Source: Polyangiales bacterium
GTDB lineage: Bacteria > Myxococcota_A > Polyangia > Polyangiales > JADJQN01
NCBI GenBank assembly: GCA_964202905.1
Contig: CAXNJO010000003.1
Location: forward strand, 192,001 to 256,000
Length of the DNA: 64,000 bases
Reading direction: 5' to 3'
Shown here in pieces: positions 1 through 10,732 of the stretch. The position numbers and the translations under genes were made by a program. The notes beneath the pieces are model-generated. The model saw only the letters and a program-made list of their open reading frames with translations. It searched no databases and was not told where the DNA came from. Each line of letters begins with the position of its first letter. Within the stretch, counting starts at the first letter, position 1.

Positions 1-715
1 CACATCCCCTCGAGCTCCGAGACCTTCCCGAGCGCGAGCGCGCCGACCGCGAACCCCGCGACCGCCGCCGCTACGCCCACGCCACCGATCACGGCGCCCG
101 GCACCGAGAGCCGGAAGCGACTCTCGCCCTGCGCGACGGCCGCGCGCTCCGCCTCGCGCTGGGCGGCCTCGGCTGCCGCGGCGCGCTCGTGGGCGGCCTC
201 GGTCGCCGCGGCCTGCTGCGCGCTCACTTCCGCCGCGGACTCGCGCTCGGCGAGCGTCGCCGCCATCGTCTGCAGGCGCGCCTCGAGGTTGAGGCGGTTG
301 GGCAGCTCCGCCGGCATGGCCGCGAGGAAGGCGCGGAGCGCGGTGACGGCCTTCTCGAGGGCGTTGTCGTCGCGGTTTGCGACGAAGACGTTGAAGAGCA
401 GCTCGGGGCGCCTCGAGAATTCGTAGGCGGCCTCGAACTCGCGCGCCGCCTCGGCGAAGCGCCCGCCCTCGTACAGCGTCTGGCCGACGCGGAAACGCGC
501 GCGCGCCGTGGAGTCGAGCTGGGCATTCGCGCCGGCCGCGTCCATCTGTTGCGAGGTCACGCCATCGCGGGGCGCAGGCTGGGCCCCACCGCCCGCGGGC
601 GGCGCGGGCTGCTGCGCGGGCGGCGCGGGTTGCTGCGCGCGCGCCGCGGGGACGAGGCCGAGCCACGCGGCGAAGAGGGCCGTGAGCAGCGCGAGCGCGC
701 GGCTTCGGTGGGCAT
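1..715 (-). CDS. Secreted tetratricopeptide-repeat-like protein (runs off window edge)
   Basis: Manual translation from ATG at 715: MPTEAARSLLTALFAAWLGLVPAARAQQ (signal peptide), then ARARFRVGQTLYEGGRFAEAAREFEAAYEFSRRPELLFNV, a typical myxobacterial TPR segment. Not in the ORF track because no stop lies inside the window. Confidence 0.7.
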
Positions 716-887
716 GGTGCGCGCCGCACACAGACGTCGGCGAGGGATCCGAGGCGTGGTTCAAGCGTTCCTCCGGGCGCGCTGGACGCGGACGCCGCGC
801 GCGGGGCGCAAGCTTAGCAGCAGTGCGCAGCCGCTCACAGAAGGCGCTGGGCGACGGCGATGCGCCACGCCATCGGGCGCGAGCCCG

Positions 888-3722
888 TCAGCGCAAACGC
901 CCCGCCTCCGCGCCCTGCGCGTCGCGCCGCGCGGCACAGAGCCCGATCTCTTCGAGCGTCGTCGCGAGGCTCTGCGGCCCGCCCGGAAGCCGCTCGACGC
1001 GCGGCCCGAAGAACGCCTGCACGCGCGCCCCGCGCGCTGCGTCGCAGAAATTCCTGCCGTAACCCGCGAGTCGGCCGAGCGTCCACTCGGGCACGCGCCC
1101 GGCGAACGCGTCGAACCGCGCCTCGAGCCAATCCCACGCGGCGTCGCGGGTCTCCGGGGCGGCGATCTGCTCGCGCAGCACGAGGCGCACCTCGGTCGCC
1201 GCGAGCCGCGGATCGAGCGCTACTTCGCGCGCACGCGCGGCGCGCGTAGAGTCCGTCGCCGCGCCGAGCGCCGCGAGCAGCCGCGAGCGCACCTCGGGGT
1301 CCTCGCTCGCGAAGACGTGCCGCTGCGCAGCCTCGAACACCGCGTCGTCCCCGTCGTCCACGGCGACCGCGACCGCGAGCTCCGCGAGATCGGCCGCGAC
1401 GGCCTCCGGGTGCAGCGCGCCATCGCCGCCGACGCCGAGGTACGCGCGCCCGCCGCGCGCCACGTCGCGTCGGGCCTGCGGATCGCGCCCGAGCCGCGCG
1501 AGCGCCGACCACACCTCCGCGCGCAGCAACCGCACCTCGCCGTCCTCGCCGGCACGCGGCGTCCAGCCGAGCGCCCGACCGCGCGCGCCATACAGCCGCC
1601 GCACGATGCCCGCGACCCGCGCGCGCGCTGCGGCGTCCGGCGCCGCCTGTCGGAAGAACTCGAGCAGTGAGAGCGGCGCCATCGCCACCGGGCGCGCGGG
1701 ATCCTGCGCGAAGGGCCCGAGCGCCTCGAGGGCCGCCTCCGGGCCGAGCGCCCCGCTCTCGCTCGCCGCGAGGAGTCCGTCGGCGATCGCCGCCCGCTCC
1801 CGCATCGCGAGCCGCGCGAGCCCACGCGCGCGCGTCCCGGCGAGCGTCGCCGCGTCGAGCGAGGCCTGGTAATAGCCCGCCCCGCCTGCGTTCGGGGCGA
1901 TCCAGTCCGGGCACCCGCCGGACAGCGGCGGGAGCGCGAGCGAGCCCGTCGGCCCCTCGAGCAGCGTGCACGCCTCGCCCGAGGTCTCCCCGCGCCCGTA
2001 GCGGACGCACACCGGCACCTGCCAGAGCGCGTCCCCGGTCGCCGTCGAGCCGAGCCGCGTCGCGCGGCGTTGCGCGAGCGCGAGCGTCGTCGCGCCCCCC
2101 TCGCAGCGCGCCGTCATCGACACCGCGGGTGCGCCGACCTGATCGAGGAACGTCGCGAACGGTGCGCGCACGTCGCGTCCGGCCGCGCGGGAGAGCGCAC
2201 CGAGCAGCTCGTCCGCGGTGGCGGTGCCGAACCGGTGCGCGGCGAGATGCGCACGGACACCCTCACGGAAGATGGCGTCGCCGACCCAGCGCTCGAACAT
2301 GCCGATGACCGCGCCACCCTTCGAATACGTGATTCCGTCGAACGCCGCGTGGATGTCGTGGTGGCTGGTGATGGGCTGCCGGATGCGCCGCGCGCTCGCG
2401 CGGGAGTCGACGTGCATGGCCTCGCGCCACTCGTCGAGACGCGCCTCGTCGGCGCCGAGCGTCGGCGCGACCTCGGCCACGATCCGCGACGCCATCCAGG
2501 TCGCGAAGGCCTCGTTGAGCCAGAGGTCGTCCCACCAGGCCATCGTCACGAGGTTGCCGAACCACTGGTGCGCGAGCTCGTGCGCGATCGTGTTCTCGGA
2601 GTCGCGCCGCTGCGACTCCGGCGCCGACGCCCCGTCGACGAGGAGCAACCGCTCGTGGAAGGTCACGAGCCCCGCGTTCTCCATCGCGCCGGGGAAGTCC
2701 TCGATCGCGACGAAGTCGAGCTTCGTGTAGGGATACGCGACGCCGAAATACGACTCGAGCGCCGCGAGGATCGCGGGCACGCGCGACATCGCGTAGCCGA
2801 CCTTCGCGCCACGGCCGCGCATCGCGAGAACACGGAAGGGCAGCGGCGCGCCGCGCACCGCGTTCGCCGGGATGGACGCGCCCTCGACCACGTCGAGCGG
2901 TCCGACCGCGAAGGCGACGAGGTACGCCGGCAGCGGCGGCGTCGGCTCGAAGACGAGCGTGCGCACCCCCGCCGCGGCGCCGGTCTCGGATGCGACGCGC
3001 GCGTTCGACGCGGCGACGTCGCCCTGCGCCACCGTGAGGCGCACGGTGTACGGCACCTTGAACGCGGGCTCGTCGAACCCCGGGAACGCCGTGCGCGCGC
3101 TGATCGGCTCGAACTGCGAGAACACGTAGGCGTCGCTGCCCTGCGTGACCTTGAAGAGGCCATCCCCCCCGTCGAGGAAGGGCGCCGTCCACGCGAGCGA
3201 GAGCGTCACCGCGCCCGGCTGCACGTCGCAGGGGAACGTCACCCGCGCGACGCCCGTCTCGTGCACCTGCTCGTAGCGGCCGCGCTGCCGGCCTCCGGCG
3301 GAGACGAGCTCCACGCCGGACACGTCGAGGCCCTTGCCGTGGAGCCAGATCACGCGGCGCGCACGGCGCACCTCGAGCGCGATCGTCGTCTCGCCCGAGA
3401 AGCGCGGCGCGCGCGGATCGATCGCGAGCGAGAGCGCGACCTCCGTGGGGGTGACGTCGCGACCGAGCGGCCCGGTAGGCACCGCCTCCGCGAGCGTGGC
3501 CACGCCGGGCGCGCCCTCTTCGCAGCCCGCGGGCGCTGCGGCCGCGTCGCCGACCGCGCGCGTGCTCGATGCGGAATGCGCGGCCGATGCCGCACCGCAG
3601 CCCGACGCCGACACCACGACGAGCAGCGCGGTGACGACGCGGAGCGGGCCTTGCAGTGCTGCGCGGACCAGGCGGGAGACGGGAGACGACGGGCGGGCGG
3701 AGACGCGCGGGCGGGGCGACAT
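888..3722 (-). CDS. M1 family aminopeptidase, lipoprotein, with ERAP1-like C-terminal domain
   Basis: GAMEN motif, HELAHQW...WLNEAFA zinc motif, YSKGG; lipobox-like SASGC. Start taken at MSPRPRV (ATG 3722) within ORF 888..4589. Confidence 0.93.
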   Translation of the reverse strand: MSPRPRVSARPSSPVSRLVRAALQGPLRVVTALLVVVSASGCGAASAAHSASSTRAVGDAAAAPAGCEEGAPGVATLAEAVPTGPLGRDVTPTEVALSLAIDPRAPRFSGETTIALEVRRARRVIWLHGKGLDVSGVELVSAGGRQRGRYEQVHETGVARVTFPCDVQPGAVTLSLAWTAPFLDGGDGLFKVTQGSDAYVFSQFEPISARTAFPGFDEPAFKVPYTVRLTVAQGDVAASNARVASETGAAAGVRTLVFEPTPPLPAYLVAFAVGPLDVVEGASIPANAVRGAPLPFRVLAMRGRGAKVGYAMSRVPAILAALESYFGVAYPYTKLDFVAIEDFPGAMENAGLVTFHERLLLVDGASAPESQRRDSENTIAHELAHQWFGNLVTMAWWDDLWLNEAFATWMASRIVAEVAPTLGADEARLDEWREAMHVDSRASARRIRQPITSHHDIHAAFDGITYSKGGAVIGMFERWVGDAIFREGVRAHLAAHRFGTATADELLGALSRAAGRDVRAPFATFLDQVGAPAVSMTARCEGGATTLALAQRRATRLGSTATGDALWQVPVCVRYGRGETSGEACTLLEGPTGSLALPPLSGGCPDWIAPNAGGAGYYQASLDAATLAGTRARGLARLAMRERAAIADGLLAASESGALGPEAALEALGPFAQDPARPVAMAPLSLLEFFRQAAPDAAARARVAGIVRRLYGARGRALGWTPRAGEDGEVRLLRAEVWSALARLGRDPQARRDVARGGRAYLGVGGDGALHPEAVAADLAELAVAVAVDDGDDAVFEAAQRHVFASEDPEVRSRLLAALGAATDSTRAARAREVALDPRLAATEVRLVLREQIAAPETRDAAWDWLEARFDAFAGRVPEWTLGRLAGYGRNFCDAARGARVQAFFGPRVERLPGGPQSLATTLEEIGLCAARRDAQGAEAGRLR

Positions 3723-3769
3723 GGCGCGGTTGTGGATCGCCGCGCGGCGCGGCGCTCGCGGCGCGTCCG

Positions 3770-4432
3770 TCAGCGAAAGCGCACCCGCTGCCGCTTCGCC
3801 TGCGCGCGCTCGGCCTCCGTACCGGCCTCGTATTTCGCCGAAAAATAGGGCTTTTTCGTGCCACCGAGGCGACCGCCGGGCACCTTGCCGAAGGTCACGC
3901 CGCGGAAGGGGCGCACCGCCTTCACCGTGTCGGGCGTGAGGAAGATCTCGTAGGGGCCCGCGAGGTCCTCGCCGAGCTTCGCGGCGAAGTTCACCTCGAC
4001 GCCGAAGACGTCCTCGTCGCCGAGTTTGAGGATGTCGCCGTAGCCGAGGCCGCAGCCGAGGTAGAGGCGATCGGGCTCGGCCGCGCCGAGGTTGTGCGTG
4101 TGGAGCGCGCGCTGCATCGCGACGCACGCCGCGAGCGCCGAGCGCGGATCGCGGAACAGCACGAGCTGCGAGTCGGCGATGTCCTTCAACACGAAGCCCG
4201 CGTGTGCCTCGACGATCGGATTCGTGATCTTGCGCAGCTGGTGCATGAGGACGAGGAACGGAACGATCCCCGTGCGCGCGGCGCGCCGCGAGAAGCCGGC
4301 CATGTCCGTGAACAGCACGCACCAGCGCTCGCCGAAGAGCTGCCAAACGCGCGCGTCGAGCGCCTCGACGTCCGCGCCGGGCGCGAGCCGCTGCTCGAGC
4401 AGCGCCGAGAGTGTCTGTGTCGAGCGTCCCAT
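3770..4432 (-). CDS. Stand-alone class III adenylate/guanylate cyclase domain protein
   Basis: VLFTDMAGFS (first Asp), LKDIADS (second Asp), DVFGVEVNFAAKL. Confidence 0.85.
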   Translation of the reverse strand: MGRSTQTLSALLEQRLAPGADVEALDARVWQLFGERWCVLFTDMAGFSRRAARTGIVPFLVLMHQLRKITNPIVEAHAGFVLKDIADSQLVLFRDPRSALAACVAMQRALHTHNLGAAEPDRLYLGCGLGYGDILKLGDEDVFGVEVNFAAKLGEDLAGPYEIFLTPDTVKAVRPFRGVTFGKVPGGRLGGTKKPYFSAKYEAGTEAERAQAKRQRVRFR

Positions 4433-4581
4433 CGCCTCTGACTCCTCTCCCGCGCGGGGGCTGCGGGTCGCGCGATGCTAGCCGCTGGGGCGGCTCCGCG
4501 GCCACCTCGATGCGCGGCGACGAGCCTTCCCTCCGGCGCGCGCCGTGGTGTATGTCCCGAAGCGCGGGGGAGGAGCAGGCC

Positions 4582-5064
4582 ATGAGCACGTCGGCGAACC
4601 AGGGCGCGGGGCAAGAGGAGTTCGAGCGGGCGCGGCGGATCGTCGAGTCCGTGCTGCGGGATCTCGGACTCGACCCGGATCGGTCGCACCTCGCGACGAC
4701 CGACGGCTCGACGGCGTGGACGCTTCAGCGCGGCAGCGCGGAGGTGCTCGTCTTCCTGAACCCGCCGCGCGCGAGGAGCCCGAGCTTCGTGCGCGTCGTC
4801 TCGCCCATCTGGCGGCTGCCCACCGAGAATCAGTCCGCGGTGTTCCGTCGCCTGCTCGAGATGAACGCGCTCGATCTCTTCGGCGCCGCGTTCGGCCTGA
4901 TGGGCGAGGACGCCGTGCTCGTGTCCGAGCGCGCGACGCGCGACCTGGATCGCAGCGAGGTCGAGGAGCTGCTGCAGAACATCGGCGCCGCCGCCGACTA
5001 CTTCGACGATTGGCTCGTCACGCAGTTCGGCGGGGCCCGCCTCGCGGATCTGCGCGCGGTCTGA
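4582..5064 (+). CDS. YbjN / CesT-like (T3SS-chaperone fold) protein
   Basis: AWTLQRGSAEV...FRRLLEMNA...AAFGL...ADYFDDWL pattern; GGAGGAG RBS before ATG 4582. Confidence 0.75.
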   Translation: MSTSANQGAGQEEFERARRIVESVLRDLGLDPDRSHLATTDGSTAWTLQRGSAEVLVFLNPPRARSPSFVRVVSPIWRLPTENQSAVFRRLLEMNALDLFGAAFGLMGEDAVLVSERATRDLDRSEVEELLQNIGAAADYFDDWLVTQFGGARLADLRAV

Positions 5065-5154
5065 CGATGCGGGGCCCGCGCCGCGCGGTGTGAAGGCCGC
5101 CGGAGAGGCGCTCGACGCCCGGCGCGCTCGGCCGCGGACGTGCACGAGGCGCGC

Positions 5155-5766
5155 TCAGCGTGGCGCCGCCGCATAGCGCAGCGCCCACACCGGCGGTCCG
5201 TCGCCGGGCAGGACGATCCGATTGACCACGCGGAAGCCCGCGCGCTCGTAGAACGCGACGTTCGCGGGCACCGACGTCTCGACGTGCGCGGGGACGCCGT
5301 CGGACTCGGCGCGTGCGAGGCCATCCGCGAGCAGCGCAGCGCCCGCCCCCTGCCGCTGCGCGTCGGGATCGACGCCGAGCAGCGCGAGGTGCCAGTGCGG
5401 GACGCGCGGCCGGAGCGCCTCCATGCGCTCGGCCCCTTCGCTGACGACCCCGAGCCGCGCCAACCCCACGAAGGACAGCGTCTGCGGAAGCATCGCCACC
5501 TGCGCGCTCACCGAGGGCGGCCACGCGCCCGGCGGCACCCACGCCGCGACCCCCGTCGGCGATTGCGTCGCGAACGCGCCGCCGCGGGCCACGCTCACGC
5601 GGCGCAGCATCAGGTCGAAGTACGCCGCAGCGCGCATCTCGCGGCCCGGCCCGCCGCGCACCACCCACGCGACGAACGGATCGTCGCGGAAGGCGCGCGC
5701 GAGCACCTCGAGCAACGCGGGGATCTGCGCGACCTCCACCGGGCGCACCACGGGATGCATGCTCAT
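5155..5766 (-). CDS. GNAT family N-acetyltransferase
   Basis: HWHLALLGVDPDAQRQGAGAALL motif A and NVAFYERAGF; ATGA overlap with the upstream gene stop. Confidence 0.9.
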   Translation of the reverse strand: MSMHPVVRPVEVAQIPALLEVLARAFRDDPFVAWVVRGGPGREMRAAAYFDLMLRRVSVARGGAFATQSPTGVAAWVPPGAWPPSVSAQVAMLPQTLSFVGLARLGVVSEGAERMEALRPRVPHWHLALLGVDPDAQRQGAGAALLADGLARAESDGVPAHVETSVPANVAFYERAGFRVVNRIVLPGDGPPVWALRYAAAPR

Positions 5767-7823
5767 CCCGGGCCGGGGCAGCGCCACTCGACGCCGATCC
5801 GCTCGACGCGCGGAGCGCCGTCGGTCGCGTCGGTCTCGAGCTGCACGAGCACCTCGAGCACGCCGCCCTCAGGGAACGCGAGCGCCCACGGCGGCGCGGC
5901 GTCGCCCGGGACCAAGCCGAGCACGGCGAAGGACGCGGCCTCGAGCGCGCCCGGCTCGGCGGCGTGCCGCACCGACACGCGCACGCGCGACGCGGCGCCG
6001 TTGCGCACCACGGCGTGCAGCGCGGTCCAGCGCGTCCCGCCGTCCGGACAGCCCGCGAAGACGCGCCGCGCCTCCCCCTCGGCGACGAAGCCGCCGCGAA
6101 GCGTGGCGCCCGTCAGATCGCCCTGCGAATGCGGCGCGAAGCCCACCGCGACCCGCGCATCGGGCTCCCACGCGCTCCCGGACATCGGCTCCGCGGGCAG
6201 CCGCGTCGCGACGCCGAGCTCTCCCGGCGCGCCGCCCGTCGCGACCGTCCACACATGACCGAGCGTGTCGAGCGCGACACCGATCGGCTCGCTCGGCGTG
6301 AGCCCACCCGACGCGAGCGACACCGTCTCGACGCGCCGCAGCGAATCCCCCGCACGCGTGAAGCGCGAGAGCGTCCCGCCCGTGTGCGTGACCCACGCAT
6401 TTCCCGCCGGATCGAGCGCGATCCCGCGCGGACTCGGCTCCGTCGCGAGGGTCCGCCAGACCTCGCTCGCTGGGTCGTAGAGCACGATTTGATCGCAGGA
6501 AAACCCGGTCATCGCGAGCCGCCCCCACGCGTCCCCGTCGAGCGCGTAGAGCAGATAACAGGGCAGCGGCGCCTCGACGATGGACACGGGCGGCACCACG
6601 CCGGGCGCGTCCCCGCTCCGGCGGTCGATCCGCGCGAGTCGCCCCTCGCGCTCGGCCACCCACACCGTGCCCCACGCGTCCACGTGCGCCGCGTAGGGCT
6701 GCACCCCGGGTACGGCGACCTCCGTGCGGACCGCGCCTGTGATCCCGTCGAGCTCGATCACGCGCTCGCCGTCGTGCAGCCCCACCCACGCGTCGCCCCC
6801 GGAGACGCCGTCGAGCCCTCGATCGCCGTCGATCGCGAGCGCGCGCGGCACCTCTCCGGTCAGCCCCACCGGCACGGTGAAGAGCACGCACTCGTCGGCG
6901 CCCGCGTCGAGCACCTCGCCCGGCCCGCCCGAGGTCGTGATCGCGCCGTCGCCATCGCGATCCACGCAGCGCGCGCGCTCTCCCGCGATCTTCGTGACGC
7001 TGCCCTGCGCGTCGAACGCGCGGTTCGCGACCCACACGTCGCCCGCGTAGTCGACGGCGACGCGGCTCGGCGAGTCGCCACCCGTCCGATAGCGCGCGAC
7101 CTCTCGCGCGCTCGCCGCGTCGATCTTCGAGAGCGTGTCGTCCCCCGTGTTCGCTGCCCACAACGTCGCGGAGACCCGCGTCTCCCGCGCGAGCGTGAGC
7201 AGGCCCTCGGGCGAGACGTCGAGCCCGCCCCCCGCCTCGAACGGCGCGTCACTCTCGCCCCACACGCCGCCCTCGCAGCTCGGATCGCACCCGCCGCACG
7301 GGCTCCGCACACCGTCGTCGACGCGGCCATCGCAGTCCTGATCGGCGCCGTCGCAGGTCTCACCGCGCGGCGCGACCTCGCCACGACACAACCCCCAGGT
7401 GCCGTTCACGCACGCGGCGCGCCCGCTGCGGCAAGGCCCGACGCCGATCGTCTCCGCAGGCCCCGCGTAGCACTCGACGAGCGCGCCGCCGAGACACGGG
7501 CACCCCGTCGCGAGCGGCGTCGCCCGACAGTCGGGGGGCGGGAAGCGATCGCAGTCCGTGATGCGCGCGGCGTTGCGGTCGTCGCAGTCCGGCCCGCGCG
7601 TGCAGCCCGCGCCGAAGGAGTCGCCGTCGAGATCGACGCACGCGGGCGCATCTCCACCGCAGCCCCCGAAGATCCCCGCGAAGAGGACCGCCGCGGCTGC
7701 CCACGCCGACGACCTCGCGCGGTGCGCACGCACGGCGGCGACGGTAGCACGCGGCGTCCGCGGGCATGCACGCGCGCGACACGGCGCACCGAGGCGCGCC
7801 GCCTGGCGCATCGCCTCGCGCAT
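5763..7823 (-). CDS. Lipoprotein with Cys-rich (MopE-like, DxDCDGxxD) region and Vgb/NHL-like beta-propeller
   Basis: Lipobox FGGC; ETCDGADQDCDGRVDD; propeller blades LWAANT, PSRVAVDYAGDVWVANR, PRGIALDPAGNAWVT, PIGVALDTLGHVW. Start codon uncertain. Confidence 0.7.
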   Translation of the reverse strand: MREAMRQAARLGAPCRARACPRTPRATVAAVRAHRARSSAWAAAAVLFAGIFGGCGGDAPACVDLDGDSFGAGCTRGPDCDDRNAARITDCDRFPPPDCRATPLATGCPCLGGALVECYAGPAETIGVGPCRSGRAACVNGTWGLCRGEVAPRGETCDGADQDCDGRVDDGVRSPCGGCDPSCEGGVWGESDAPFEAGGGLDVSPEGLLTLARETRVSATLWAANTGDDTLSKIDAASAREVARYRTGGDSPSRVAVDYAGDVWVANRAFDAQGSVTKIAGERARCVDRDGDGAITTSGGPGEVLDAGADECVLFTVPVGLTGEVPRALAIDGDRGLDGVSGGDAWVGLHDGERVIELDGITGAVRTEVAVPGVQPYAAHVDAWGTVWVAEREGRLARIDRRSGDAPGVVPPVSIVEAPLPCYLLYALDGDAWGRLAMTGFSCDQIVLYDPASEVWRTLATEPSPRGIALDPAGNAWVTHTGGTLSRFTRAGDSLRRVETVSLASGGLTPSEPIGVALDTLGHVWTVATGGAPGELGVATRLPAEPMSGSAWEPDARVAVGFAPHSQGDLTGATLRGGFVAEGEARRVFAGCPDGGTRWTALHAVVRNGAASRVRVSVRHAAEPGALEAASFAVLGLVPGDAAPPWALAFPEGGVLEVLVQLETDATDGAPRVERIGVEWRCPGPG

Positions 7824-7858
7824 TGATGGTCGCGCGCCCCTGCGCTACCCCGGCTGGC

Positions 7859-8935
7859 GTGAAGATCCTCGTCACGGGCGCGAGCGGCTTCGTCGGGGGC
7901 GCTGTGGTCGCGCGCCTCGTCGCCGCGGGGGACGAGGTGCACGCGCTCGTGCGACGCGAAGAAGACGCCCGGCGCATCGAGGAGGCGGGCGCACGCCCAT
8001 TTTTGGGGGGGCTCGGCGACCCGAACGAGATCGCCGCCGCCGCGCGCGGCTGCAAGCTCGCGGTGCACGCCGCGGCCGTCGCGTCGCACCGCGCATCGCC
8101 GCACGCGCTGCGCTGGACGAACGTCGCCGGCACCGAAAACCTGCTCCGCGCTGCACGCCACGTCGGCGTCGCGCGCGTCGTCTGCGTGTCGTGCGCGGAC
8201 GTGACGCTCGGGGGCGAGGATCGCCACGGCTGGAACGAGGACCGCGTCGCACAGCGGCCGCTGCTCGACGAGCACGCGCGCTCGCGGCGCCTCGCCGAGG
8301 ACCTCGCGCTCTCGTCCGCGGGCCTCGAGGTCTGCGCCCTGCGACCGCCCTTCGTCTGGGGCGCCGGGGACACCGGGACGCTGCCCCACCTCTGCGCCGA
8401 GGGACTCGCGACGCGCGGGCTCGCTCTCTTCGGCGACGGCCGCAACGTCGTCGCCTCGCTGCACGTCGAGAACCTCGCCGACGCCGTACTCGCCGCGCTC
8501 GAGGCCGGTGACGTCGCGGGGCGCGTGTGGCACGTCGCCGACGCCGAGTTCCTCGACGCAAGCGAGTTCTTCGGGATGTTCTCGCGGGCCTGCGGGCTCC
8601 CGCCGCCGCGCCCGGGCCGCGCGCCGCTCGCGCTCTCCTTCGCCGCCGCGCGGGTCCGCGCCGCGCTCGGTGCCCAGGGGCCCTGGCCCACCGACGTCGC
8701 GCGCCGCGCCCTCCCCTGTCAGCTCGATGTCTCGCGCGCGACGCGCGATCTCGGCTGGAGCGCGCGCGTCTCCGTCGACGAGGGGATGCGCGCCCTCGCC
8801 GCATGGGTCGAGGCGCAGGGCGGTCCCGCCGCGCTCGCCGCCCGCGTGCGCCCCCCCGCGGACGACGCCTCGGTGGCCGCGCAGATCCACGCCGCGCAGA
8901 TCCCCGCCGCGCGGCCCCCAGCTGCCGGCCCCTGA
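7859..8935 (+). CDS. NAD-dependent epimerase/dehydratase (3-beta-HSD-like extended SDR)
   Basis: VKILVTGASGFVGG Rossmann motif, NVAGTENLL, LRPPFVWGAGD; GTG start at 7859. Confidence 0.85.
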   Translation: MKILVTGASGFVGGAVVARLVAAGDEVHALVRREEDARRIEEAGARPFLGGLGDPNEIAAAARGCKLAVHAAAVASHRASPHALRWTNVAGTENLLRAARHVGVARVVCVSCADVTLGGEDRHGWNEDRVAQRPLLDEHARSRRLAEDLALSSAGLEVCALRPPFVWGAGDTGTLPHLCAEGLATRGLALFGDGRNVVASLHVENLADAVLAALEAGDVAGRVWHVADAEFLDASEFFGMFSRACGLPPPRPGRAPLALSFAAARVRAALGAQGPWPTDVARRALPCQLDVSRATRDLGWSARVSVDEGMRALAAWVEAQGGPAALAARVRPPADDASVAAQIHAAQIPAARPPAAGP

Positions 8936-8990
8936 CCGCCCCGCGCGCTGCGCCCTCCGCCGAGCGCGCGTGGCGCGCCCCGCGGCGGCC

Positions 8991-9839
8991 TCAGCTCTTT
9001 TCGAGCAGCCCGCGCAGCGTGGACGGCTCGACCTCGTAGTTCGCCCCGCAGTAGTCGCACCCGATCTCGAGGAGCTCGTCCGCGTCGATGAGCGAGCGCA
9101 ATTCCCCGGCGCTCAGTGTGCCGAGGCTCGCGACGACCCGCACGTGGCTGCACTGGCACGCGAAGCGCAGCGGGCGCTCCTCGAGCGTCGTGTACGGCAT
9201 GCCGTAGAGCAACTCCTCGAGCAGCGTGGCGGGCGTCATGGACGCGCGCAGGAGGGGCTCCATCGAGGTGAAGTCGCGCAGCCGCTCCGTCATCACGGCG
9301 AGCACGCGCTCGTCGACCTCGGGCAGGAGCTGCACGATGAAGCCGCCGGCGGCCTGCACCTCGCCCGCCTCGATGAGCGTCCCCACCGCGACGATCGAAA
9401 AGACCTGCTCGCTGTCGTGCATGTACTGCATGAGCGCGCCGCTGATGCCCGTGTCCGCGGGCACCTCGACGATGCCCGTGTGCAGCGTCCCGTTCGACAG
9501 CGTGCGCATCATCTGCAGCAGCGCGCCCTCGCCGAAGCGCACGTCGCTGCGCCCGCTCGGCATCGACACGAGGCCGCGCGTCGCGCCATCCGGGAACGAG
9601 TCCGCGACGAAGCGGCCCGAGCCGTCGGCACCCTTCAGCAGCCCCTGCACGCGCAGCCCCGGCGACATCGTCTCGCGCACGATCACCGCGCCGGTGAGCA
9701 TGTCGGCAAAGCGCGAGGCCACGTCGCCGGCGGTCTTCTGCGCGGCGATCGCGGCACGCACGGTGTCGGTCGTCCGGGCCGTGATCACGCGGAAGGCGCC
9801 ATCGTCGGTGATCGCGCGGAGGAGGGTGTCGCTCGACAT
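8991..9839 (-). CDS. hslO: Hsp33 redox-regulated chaperone
   Basis: DTLLRAIT, AAGGFIVQLLP, and C-terminal CxC...CxxC zinc centre (FACQCS...CDYC). Confidence 0.93.
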   Translation of the reverse strand: MSSDTLLRAITDDGAFRVITARTTDTVRAAIAAQKTAGDVASRFADMLTGAVIVRETMSPGLRVQGLLKGADGSGRFVADSFPDGATRGLVSMPSGRSDVRFGEGALLQMMRTLSNGTLHTGIVEVPADTGISGALMQYMHDSEQVFSIVAVGTLIEAGEVQAAGGFIVQLLPEVDERVLAVMTERLRDFTSMEPLLRASMTPATLLEELLYGMPYTTLEERPLRFACQCSHVRVVASLGTLSAGELRSLIDADELLEIGCDYCGANYEVEPSTLRGLLEKS

Positions 9840-10076
9840 GGCCGCGAGTCTTAGGCCGCGCGCCTTGCGCCCGCCACCTCCTCGGCGCGCCCAACCACCC
9901 CGCGGCAGCACCCCGCCCCCGCAGGCAGCCCGCGACGCCGCGGGTCCCGAGACCGCTGACGAAACGGCCCCTCGACGGGGCCACGACCCATGGGCCGATC
10001 GACGGCACGACGGGCGTCGAGGCGCCGATCGACGGCACATCGACCGAGGCTCATCCCCCCGATGCGGACGAAGGAA

Positions 10077-10156
10077 GGCCCCGCCACACGCTGATCACCG
10101 CGACCGTTGCTCCCTTCCGGGCCTGGCGGGTTTTGCGGGCCAGCGTTGGCGGGGCC
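10077..10156 (-). ncRNA. ffs: Signal recognition particle RNA (small bacterial 4.5S type)
   Basis: Reverse complement GGCCCCGCCAACGCUG...CCGCCAGGCCCGGAAGGGAGCAACGG...CAGCGUGUGGCGGGGCC: helix-8 motif with GGAA tetraloop inside a long closing hairpin. Confidence 0.92.
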
Positions 10157-10174
10157 ATGGGTACTTCGTCGATT

Positions 10175-10232
10175 GCAGCCTACGAGATCCGCAGCCTACG
10201 GGAACTGCAGCCTACTGGAACTGCAGCCTACG
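10175..10232. repeat. 16-bp tandem repeat, ~3.6 copies (GCAGCCTACGGGAACT consensus)
   Basis: Units start at 10175, 10191, 10207 and 10223. Confidence 0.85.
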
Positions 10233-10335
10233 CGAGCAGAGACAGGCTAGTGCCTTTGCGGCGCGGAGGCCAACGATCCTTGCGTTCCCCGGTCGGCATC
10301 CGGGGCCGGAACCCGGCGATCAGCCCGGGTTCCAC

Positions 10336-10425
<90 letters not shown>

Positions 10426-10594
10426 GGGAGGCCTGCTTCAGCCGTACTGCCCGAACGATCCACGCCGCTGCCGCGCGGACCCGAGTTCACTGCGACGTCC
10501 CTGCGGCAGCGACCCGACCTTCGATCCCCCCGACCTTCGGGCCGGCGCTTCCCACACCGGACCGGGGGATCCTGCTGCGCCGCGAACGACCTCT

Positions 10595-10714
10595 TCGAAC
10601 CACCTGCCTCGAACCACCTGCCTCGAACCACCTGCCTCGAACCACCCGCCTCGCAGCACCCGCCGCGACCTGCACACCCGCCGCGACCTGCACACCCGGC
10701 GCGACCTGCACATC
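10595..10714. repeat. Compound tandem repeat: 14-bp TCGAACCACCTGCC x4-5 followed by 18-bp GCGACCTGCACACCCGCC x~3
   Basis: 14-mers at 10595, 10609, 10623, 10637 and a degenerate copy at 10651; 18-mers at 10665, 10683, 10701. Confidence 0.88.
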
Positions 10715-10732
10715 ACCGACGACCCACGAACT

